DNA of 24,000 nucleotides from Methanococcus voltae (GTDB taxonomy: Archaea > AGJL01 > Methanococci > Methanococcales > Methanococcaceae). Of this stretch, positions 7,884 through 15,876 are shown one piece after another. How positions within the stretch are numbered: the stretch's first letter is position 1; the number at the start of each line of letters is the position of its first letter. The stretch is from the NCBI RefSeq assembly GCF_024807655.1, contig NZ_JANUCR010000004.1, positions 117,282-141,281 on the forward strand, given 5' to 3'. Position numbers and translations under genes: made by a program. Below the pieces are notes generated by a model, which was not told where the DNA came from, did no database searches, and saw only the letters and a program-made list of their open reading frames with translations.

Positions 7884-9922
7884 AGCGATTAATAGCTTTA
7901 TTAACCTTATTACTTTTAGTTTCTCCAACGTATGCCGTAGATGTTAATAATCCTGTCGATTGGGTTTTAGCACCTATGAAATTTATTACGAATCCATTAT
8001 TTACTGTGACAGAATATGCAGTAGCTGGATTTTATGAGGCATATGACTATATGAACTCATTAGTATTTGGTGAAGATGTAGCATTAATGTTAAACAATAC
8101 TGTAGTTAATCAAACTCTTGAGGAAAAAAGAGACTTTAAAGAGTATGATTTTACAACAGATTCCAAACAACTTTTAGACCTTTTAAAAGAAAAAACAGCT
8201 TCTGAAATGGTTGTTTACACAGTCGATACTTCGGGAAATAATGATATAACTACAAGATTATATGCTCCCGATAAAATATATGGATACTCGGCTTTCCCAA
8301 CAAAATTATCAATTACAAAATGTACTGGGGATTCATTCCACGTAACAAATGTAAAAATATATGTTAAATCCAATAACAATAGTGAAATAAAATATTACTT
8401 ATTAGATAAAACCTATAATCAAACATTTAATCAATTAGAGAACGCTTATGATTCAGAATATGAAATCGAAGGTTCGGATACAGTGGATACAATAATGAAA
8501 GCTCCTGATACACATAGTGTACGAGTTAGAGACTTTACTGCAAATGCAAACGTTGATTACTCAGATATCGAAGAGATATTATCTTCAAATGTAGAACCAT
8601 TTGAAATATACTATGAAGTTCACGGACACATTGAAAAATGGGTCGAATATACTGTAACTGGTGATGATGGAGTTCAAAGAGAAGTTAGAAAGAGGCAAGA
8701 TATACAAGTAGACCATTTAGGAAATACTAATGGTTTAGATGGTAGAATCAAAAACGGAAACTATATGATAGGTTCATTTTCTAAAGGTTCATTACCTGTA
8801 GACTATTTAGAATCTGATGGAGATAAATTAATACCTTATGAATCCGTATGTCAAGGTTCTACAAGTAATATATTAAGCGTATTATGGAGTTCACCCGTAA
8901 ATGCAGTTAATAGAAGCCCTGATATGCGTTATGTATACATAGATAATTGCGGTGAATTATTTACACGTGCAGGAGTTCCCGCTAAAATTTACGACGATGT
9001 TGCAATTGTAACATTAAGAGAAACTACAAACCACGAAATAGAAATATCAAGTAAAAAAGCTATTCAAAAGGGTTATTTTACAAGCGTTGACCCTATCCAA
9101 ATTTACACAAGTTACACAGCTAATAACGAAGAAGATTTATTAGACTTTACAACTTACGGTATCGTTTACGGTGAAATAACAAGAACAGATGGCGTAAAAA
9201 TACCAGTATGGACGATTAATAAACCTACAATATTTGTTTACGGTTCAGAAAGAACTGTGGCAGGTCAAACTTTAGAAGAATTAGACGATTTACGTAGTCT
9301 TTCCGAGTGGGACGAATCGTCAAGAGAAAGAGTTTTAAATATATTAGTCTCTACAAATAATAGTTTAAATAACAAGATAGCAACAGCTGAAAACTATAAA
9401 GAAAAAGCAGAAATAGCGAGTTCTTCAAAAGCGATAGACTGTGCAGATAAAGCAATTGAAAATTATAAAGAAGGTACTGTATTACTTACAGAGCTTCACA
9501 ACAGCTTTATAAAACTTTACGAATCTACTGATTATAATAATGAAAATAAAATAGAAGAAGTAGATGATACTTTAGAAATCGTTAGAGTCTATGAGGTAGC
9601 AGGAGATGAATTCCTTAAGGCATCTAAACTTTATACTTATGGAAAAGATGAACAAGCAGAGCAAGTCGAAAAAGATGCTAAAGATTTGACTGAAAAATCA
9701 GCAGTACCAATATTTGGAAATGGCGGATTAATAGACAATACTAATCAATTTATAGAATGTTGGATTCTAAAGATACCTATAATAGGCGAATCACTTAATA
9801 ACTTAATAAAAAACATACCTTTTGGATATGTAACCTTAATAACCTTAGGATTAATAATTGTAATATATCAAAATAGAAGTTCTGTATCAAAAAGTTATAG
9901 ACGTTATAAAAGACGATATTAA
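7880..9922 (+). CDS. large surface protein: signal peptide, beta-rich ectodomain, ~190-aa helical stalk, C-terminal TM anchor
   Basis: 680 aa. The signal peptide is MKRLIALLTLLLLVSPTYA. A helical, charged region runs from ~aa 455 to 620. An amphipathic segment (FIECWILKIPIIGESL) precedes the TM segment YVTLITLGLIIVIY. The tail is SYRRYKRRY. Confidence 0.8.
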   Translation: MKRLIALLTLLLLVSPTYAVDVNNPVDWVLAPMKFITNPLFTVTEYAVAGFYEAYDYMNSLVFGEDVALMLNNTVVNQTLEEKRDFKEYDFTTDSKQLLDLLKEKTASEMVVYTVDTSGNNDITTRLYAPDKIYGYSAFPTKLSITKCTGDSFHVTNVKIYVKSNNNSEIKYYLLDKTYNQTFNQLENAYDSEYEIEGSDTVDTIMKAPDTHSVRVRDFTANANVDYSDIEEILSSNVEPFEIYYEVHGHIEKWVEYTVTGDDGVQREVRKRQDIQVDHLGNTNGLDGRIKNGNYMIGSFSKGSLPVDYLESDGDKLIPYESVCQGSTSNILSVLWSSPVNAVNRSPDMRYVYIDNCGELFTRAGVPAKIYDDVAIVTLRETTNHEIEISSKKAIQKGYFTSVDPIQIYTSYTANNEEDLLDFTTYGIVYGEITRTDGVKIPVWTINKPTIFVYGSERTVAGQTLEELDDLRSLSEWDESSRERVLNILVSTNNSLNNKIATAENYKEKAEIASSSKAIDCADKAIENYKEGTVLLTELHNSFIKLYESTDYNNENKIEEVDDTLEIVRVYEVAGDEFLKASKLYTYGKDEQAEQVEKDAKDLTEKSAVPIFGNGGLIDNTNQFIECWILKIPIIGESLNNLIKNIPFGYVTLITLGLIIVIYQNRSSVSKSYRRYKRRY

Positions 9923-9930
9923 CTTAAATA

Positions 9931-9941
9931 CTTTTTTTTTA
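9931..9941 (+). terminator. oligo-T tract after the membrane-protein cluster
   Basis: CTTTTTTTTTA lies 9 nt after the stop at 9922. Archaeal terminators are oligo-T runs. The tract overlaps the diverged 5' part of the terminal CRISPR repeat. Confidence 0.35.
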
Positions 9942-12581
9942 TTTTCCTTGTTTTAATGGATTATGCACTGTGACTGCTACGTCTAATTTAATATTCTTTT
10001 CTGTAGACATGTTTCAATCCTTGTTTTAATGGATTATGCACTGTGACACTTGCAGTATTAATCTGTCTAGGTTTCGAAAAACCAGTTTCAATCCTTGTTT
10101 TAATGGATTATGCACTGTGACCCTGTTGCCGTCCGTATTCTCCCAATTTAACAGATTGTTTCAATCCTTGTTTTAATGGATTATGCACTGTGACTTAAAT
10201 ACGGACTTTGCGGGGGTTATATACAATATAGGTTTCAATCCTTGTTTTAATGGATTATGCACTGTGACCATGTCTACTAAACCCCACTCTCTTTCAGTAT
10301 CTGAGTTTCAATCCTTGTTTTAATGGATTATGCACTGTGACTGATGGAGAAGTGACAGGATCTTCCTTCGAAGCATGTTTCAATCCTTGTTTTAATGGAT
10401 TATGCACTGTGACTTATACAAGATTTGCGGTGAAATTGAAATATTAATAACGTTTCAATCCTTGTTTTAATGGATTATGCACTGTGACTTTTAAATTATC
10501 TAAAAGTATTTCAGCTTGTTCCTTGCTGTTTCAATCCTTGTTTTAATGGATTATGCACTGTGACTACAGACATTGCTAAAAAAATATATCATTGTGATAA
10601 TAGGTTTCAATCCTTGTTTTAATGGATTATGCACTGTGACTTTTAACAACAAAAATGTTGTTAGTATCATTTAATTAGTTTCAATCCTTGTTTTAATGGA
10701 TTATGCACTGTGACAAACCATCTGAAGAGTTGCCAAATCATATATATATACAATCGTTTCAATCCTTGTTTTAATGGATTATGCACTGTGACATAGTAAT
10801 CAGCAAAAAGCTAAAGAATTGGAGAATATATGTTTCAATCCTTGTTTTAATGGATTATGCACTGTGACTGATGTACTTAGCTTGCTTTTCTGAGACTCTT
10901 ATCTGCAGTTTCAATCCTTGTTTTAATGGATTATGCACTGTGACAAAATTGTATTCAATTGTACAAAGAAATTTAGTAGGTTTCAATCCTTGTTTTAATG
11001 GATTATGCACTGTGACATGTGTATGTACCTAATCGATTAAGAGATGAACGTTTCAATCCTTGTTTTAATGGATTATGCACTGTGACAAAATCTTGTGGAA
11101 TGACTATTGATGATATTGCAGAGTTTCAATCCTTGTTTTAATGGATTATGCACTGTGACTATCATATTGATTGTATGCTGATGTATAATCAATATTACGT
11201 TTCAATCCTTGTTTTAATGGATTATGCACTGTGACTTTATCATACCCCCATACTTTTAACAAATAGGGTGTGTTTCAATCCTTGTTTTAATGGATTATGC
11301 ACTGTGACTTGTACGAGGCTCGTTAGTATCGGCTATAATGTTAGTTTCAATCCTTGTTTTAATGGATTATGCACTGTGACTAAAATAATAAAATATATTT
11401 CATAATACATTAACAAATTTTGTTTCAATCCTTGTTTTAATGGATTATGCACTGTGACCACAAGATAACAGTACAAAATTTAACGATAGTTTATTAAGTT
11501 TCAATCCTTGTTTTAATGGATTATGCACTGTGACATTTTATCCTCTTAGGTATATTGGGAATAGATATATGTTTCAATCCTTGTTTTAATGGATTATGCA
11601 CTGTGACTAAATATTTATTTAATTATTTAATAGAAATATTTATAGTTTCAATCCTTGTTTTAATGGATTATGCACTGTGACTGACCTTTTTAGATGAATA
11701 GTATTACAAAACAATAATTATGTTTCAATCCTTGTTTTAATGGATTATGCACTGTGACTTTTTTTCTAAAAGGACAGTTCAAAAAATTCTATGATAGTTT
11801 CAATCCTTGTTTTAATGGATTATGCACTGTGACAAAAAGGTCATATAGGATATATTGATGAATCTATATATTGTTTCAATCCTTGTTTTAATGGATTATG
11901 CACTGTGACATTCATATAATATAATTAGTTGAAAAACTAAATATTGAAGTTTCAATCCTTGTTTTAATGGATTATGCACTGTGACTCTTCTGTAAATCGT
12001 CTAACCGCGTGCTTACAGACGATGGTTTCAGTTTCAATCCTTGTTTTAATGGATTATGCACTGTGACACAGATGACGAACCGTACGGACACGGTGCAAAA
12101 AGTGCAAGTTTCAATCCTTGTTTTAATGGATTATGCACTGTGACTTTATTTTATTATGTTGTTTTTAAGTCAACATAAGTTTCAATCCTTGTTTTAATGG
12201 ATTATGCACTGTGACTAAATGGCGTAAAACTATTCATATAAAAGATATTTAGTTTCAATCCTTGTTTTAATGGATTATGCACTGTGACGTTCAGGTTTAC
12301 CCCTTAACCCATCAATTACTTGTCGGTTTCAATCCTTGTTTTAATGGATTATGCACTGTGACCCATATTGTACAAGAACAAAGTTATTATCAAGAAGAGT
12401 TTCAATCCTTGTTTTAATGGATTATGCACTGTGACTAGTGTCGCTATCGGTGCCAGTACACTTATTGCCAGGTTTCAATCCTTGTTTTAATGGATTATGC
12501 ACTGTGACTATTGATATGTTTGAACCACATATCAACGAATTATGGTTTCAATCCTTGTTTTAATGGATTATGCACTGTGAC
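9938..12581 (-). CRISPR. CRISPR array, 36 repeats (35 identical 37-nt repeats plus 1 degenerate terminal repeat) and 35 unique spacers of 33-45 nt
   Basis: The plus-strand repeat is GTTTCAATCCTTGTTTTAATGGATTATGCACTGTGAC. Hand-indexed repeat starts are 9938 (degenerate: TTTATTTTCCTTG...), 10011, 10085, 10158, 10232, 10305, 10377, 10452, 10528, 10604, 10678, 10756, 10832, 10908, 10980, 11050, 11123, 11199, 11272, 11344, 11422, 11498, 11571, 11645, 11722, 11797, 11873, 11949, 12031, 12108, 12179, 12252, 12326, 12399, 12472 and 12545. The reverse complement ends in ATTGAAAC, the source of the typical 8-nt Cas6 5' handle, and the degenerate repeat is at the low-coordinate end. The leader is therefore on the 12582 side and transcription is on the minus strand. 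Confidence 0.97.
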
Positions 12582-13040
12582 ACGTAGTTAAATTATTACT
12601 CACCAATAAGCATTTAAAACAGCTTATAGATTAAACAAAGCTCTATTTAGCCGTATCGCAAAAATAATGTAATTCAGCAATATATAGTTTGTTTCAGACC
12701 CTATATAAAAGTTACCATTTGTATTTTAAAATTATAATTCGGGGTTAGTTGAATATATAAAAAGTAACTCTTTTAATAAATACAAAATAACTAAGAACTA
12801 ATAATCAAACCATACAGAATGAATTGAGCATATAACTAATAGAATAGATTAAACAAATCTCATAGTATCTACTAAATTTTTTAACTCTAAAAAAAGAAGC
12901 TCAGAACGGGCTTAATAATTTTGGATTTTGAAATGCGTTATTACAAAGGTCACGTAAAAATCATACTAAGTATTACTCTACATAATCTCAACGTTTATTT
13001 TTTAAAAAAATATATAAAATCCCTTAAAATATCGTTAAAA
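12582..13040 (-). promoter_or_regulatory. CRISPR leader with two promoter-like GTWAC-TTTTTATATA elements
   Basis: This AT-rich region has no ORFs. Minus-strand TTTATATA boxes lie at 12702-12709 (preceded by GGTAAC) and 12754-12761 (preceded by GAGTTAC). The proximal box is ~120 nt upstream of the first repeat. The 18-mer ATAGATTAAACAAAKCTC occurs twice, starting at 12626 and 12844. Confidence 0.4.
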
Positions 13041-13045
13041 TATAT

Positions 13046-13071
13046 AAAAAGGACAAAACATTGGTTTTGTC
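13046..13071 (-). terminator. hairpin plus T-run terminator downstream of the TPR gene
   Basis: On the minus strand, GACAAAAC-CAAT-GTTTTGTC (a perfect 8-bp stem at 13052-13071) is followed by CTTTTT. It lies ~50 nt after the stop at 13119. Confidence 0.5.
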
Positions 13072-13118
13072 AGTTGTGAAAAATAAAATAGTAAACAATT
13101 AGGGTAAATATTCAGTGG

Positions 13119-15653
13119 TTATCTATAATTAATTAGTGAATCATTAACCGTCACTCCTTTTCTATTCAAATAAATTTCCCATCTATTTTTATTTACAAGT
13201 TTTGGCCCCATTGTTACCTTCTCAATATATTTATCATATTTATTATTTTCATCATTTAGGCTTTTTTCTATATCTATATACATTCGTTCTGGGAATTCTT
13301 CATATTCATTAAATTCTTTCAGAACATGGAATTGTATAGATTCATCATCCGTGGGTAAGGTAACTAAAACTCTCATTTCACGCTCTTCTTTATAATCTGA
13401 CGATTTTATTAAATAGCTAACGTCATTTAGTATGGAAATTATCATATCAGTTACTCTTTCTTTTTCAATTTTGGACGTTAATTCTTCGTAAATTTTATAT
13501 ATTTTTTTTAATTCTATATCGATTTGGTAAGTAAACTCTTCTAATTCACGTAACTTTTCTAGTTCTTTAATATATCGTTTAATATCCTTATATTTTTCAT
13601 ATTTTTTTAAGTTATCAATGATAGTTTTTAGCTCGTTTTGACGGTTTTGATGATCCTTAAAATCTCTAGAAAGACAATCATTTAATTCTTTTTTAGATAT
13701 ATAACTTACATCATATAAATTATAATATATTTTACGTTCTTTTTCAAAATGGGTTAATTCCAAAGGATTTTTGGATTTATTAATATTATCATAACTTTGG
13801 GAATTTACAAATGAGGTATTTAATTCGTCTAAGGATTTATCCATTAATTTCATAGGTTCTAATTGGGGGTCTAACTCATTATCAAAGAAATTTTCTTTAA
13901 AAACTATATTAAGTCCTCCAGCTTCTTCATCGTTATCATTTTTACCATAAGTCCTCCATAAATATAATCTGTCAGTATCGGGTAAAAAACTACCTATAAA
14001 TGTTGTTTGAATACTATATCCGTCATTATTTTTATTAAATAATTCTTTATACTGTTTTTTACATAATTCATTTACTAATAATTTTCCCTCTTCAGGATCG
14101 TTCATATATTTTGCATTATATAATCTAAGGTAAGATTTAGTAAAATTATTCCCTTTATTTTTTTCTTCTTCAAAGTCTTTTTCTGGTACAATTAAGGATT
14201 TAACTGTTGATGGTTTGGTATAATGAACTATTAAATTATTATTAGTTGACTGGTTTTTAGAATTTTTATTATTGATATTAATAGTTTTAATTTGTTTATT
14301 TTTAAAGTCGTTTACTTTTTCCGCAAGACTTATGGTACTTTCTATAAGTTCATTTGTGATTTTTAAATTTTTTAAATTTTTGAGGTAATAATTATTAATA
14401 TATCTTGACATATTTTTTTTATATTTTATATTTTTAGATTCGTTATAATCTTGATTCGATTTTTCAATTTGATCTAATTTATCATATCCAATACTTCTAT
14501 TGAGATATACCTCATAATTATTTTTATCTAACGCAACTGCTCGATTAAGGTCTTCTATTGCTTTCGTTTTATTATTTAGTGTTAGATAAATAAAGCTTCT
14601 ATTATTATAACCCATAGGATTTTTTGGATTTATTTTTATTGCATTATTGAAATCTTCCATGGCATTATCATATTGTTTTAGCTCACTGTACACTATTCCT
14701 CGATTAATATATGCGTCATAATTATTATTATCCAAGTTTATGGCTATATTGTAATCTTTTAATGCTTTATCATATTTTTTAAATATTTTATGCAATGTAC
14801 CTCTTTCAAAATATGATTTTGAATTATTTTGAATATTGATAATATAATTATTGTCTTTTAATGCTTTATCATATTCTCTTAACTCAACATAGATATTTCT
14901 TCTATTTATCAGTGCTTTAACGTTTTTATTATCTAATTCCAAAGCTTTGTTTAAGTAGAATAATGCTTTATCATATTTTTTTAACATTTTATATAATGTT
15001 CCGAGATTATATTTTGTATTGGAATCATTTTTCAACTCATCTGCTTTTTGGAAATCTTCCATGGCATTATTATACTTTTTTAGTTCGCCATATAAGCACC
15101 CCCTATTTTCATAGGCATCAGTATTAGTATAATCTATATTGAGAGCATTATTGAAATCTTCCATGGCATTATTATACATTTTTAATTTGGTGTATATAAG
15201 ACCCCTATTTGAATAAGATTTGGAATCTTTTCTTATACTAATGGCAGTTGTAAAATCATCAATGGCTTTATCGTACTTTTTTAGCTCACTATATATTATT
15301 CCCCTATTGAGATATACATCAGTATATTTAGAATTTAACGATAATGCCATATCGTAATCTTTTAATGCTTCACTATATTTTTTAAGTATTTTATATAACG
15401 TACCTCTATTAAAATACAACTTTGGATCATTATTTTTTAACATAATAGCAGTTGTAAAATCATTGATGGCATTATCATATTGTTTTAGCTCACTATATAC
15501 TATTCCCCTATTAGTATAAAAGTCAGGATTTTTATTTTGAAACTCTTCAATTTTATTTAATTTATCTAAAGCTTCAACATATTTGTGATTCTTTAATAAA
15601 TTGTTAATTTCATAAGGTAATTTACCATATTTTTTAGATACTCTTTTACTCAT
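13119..15653 (-). CDS. TPR-repeat protein (about 11 TPRs) with C-terminal DUF2971-like domain carrying a coiled-coil insert
   Basis: 844 aa. A GGTG RBS lies 7 nt before the ATG. Residues ~10-405 are 34-aa TPR units (recurring Y.NRG..Y..LK.YD.A..DF..A). From aa ~474 the motifs are LIVHYTKPSTVKSLI, LRLYNAKYMNDPEEG, FIGSFLPDTDRLYLWRTYG...GGLNIVF, EEREMRVLV and KVTMGPK. This matches my memory of the Pfam DUF2971 pattern. There is no P-loop. Confidence 0.85.
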   Translation of the reverse strand: MSKRVSKKYGKLPYEINNLLKNHKYVEALDKLNKIEEFQNKNPDFYTNRGIVYSELKQYDNAINDFTTAIMLKNNDPKLYFNRGTLYKILKKYSEALKDYDMALSLNSKYTDVYLNRGIIYSELKKYDKAIDDFTTAISIRKDSKSYSNRGLIYTKLKMYNNAMEDFNNALNIDYTNTDAYENRGCLYGELKKYNNAMEDFQKADELKNDSNTKYNLGTLYKMLKKYDKALFYLNKALELDNKNVKALINRRNIYVELREYDKALKDNNYIINIQNNSKSYFERGTLHKIFKKYDKALKDYNIAINLDNNNYDAYINRGIVYSELKQYDNAMEDFNNAIKINPKNPMGYNNRSFIYLTLNNKTKAIEDLNRAVALDKNNYEVYLNRSIGYDKLDQIEKSNQDYNESKNIKYKKNMSRYINNYYLKNLKNLKITNELIESTISLAEKVNDFKNKQIKTININNKNSKNQSTNNNLIVHYTKPSTVKSLIVPEKDFEEEKNKGNNFTKSYLRLYNAKYMNDPEEGKLLVNELCKKQYKELFNKNNDGYSIQTTFIGSFLPDTDRLYLWRTYGKNDNDEEAGGLNIVFKENFFDNELDPQLEPMKLMDKSLDELNTSFVNSQSYDNINKSKNPLELTHFEKERKIYYNLYDVSYISKKELNDCLSRDFKDHQNRQNELKTIIDNLKKYEKYKDIKRYIKELEKLRELEEFTYQIDIELKKIYKIYEELTSKIEKERVTDMIISILNDVSYLIKSSDYKEEREMRVLVTLPTDDESIQFHVLKEFNEYEEFPERMYIDIEKSLNDENNKYDKYIEKVTMGPKLVNKNRWEIYLNRKGVTVNDSLINYR

Positions 15654-15876
15654 TAAAACACCATTATATTTTATACTTAAAAATGGGGTGAAAATAGTAT
15701 AAAAAATAGTTACATTTAGTACGGAATAAAAACAATACTTTTTTTAAATTTTAAACGATATAAAAAGAATTATATAATTAAGGGACTAATTATTTATTAA
15801 ATTTATATGCATAATATACGCATATTTTATAAAAATAATTTTTAATTTAAATAACTTATTCAATTATAATTTATAT

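Noticed and set aside
4115-9937. 14-nt direct repeat TTAAATACTTTTTT at 4115-4128 and 9924-9937, flanking the membrane-protein cluster (possible att-like borders)
   Set aside because: It is an A+T-only low-complexity 14-mer. By rough estimate, several such chance matches are expected in 24 kb of this composition. One copy overlaps a TATA-like element and the other an oligo-T terminator, which explains both. It is worth rechecking only if comparative genomics shows the cluster is an indel.
12691-12727. Possible extra degenerate CRISPR repeat in the leader (GTTTCAGACC...)
   Set aside because: Only the first 6 nt and a few scattered positions match the 37-nt repeat. The distance from the first true repeat (~110 nt) does not fit the array period. 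The same sequence is better read as part of a TATA-box promoter on the minus strand.
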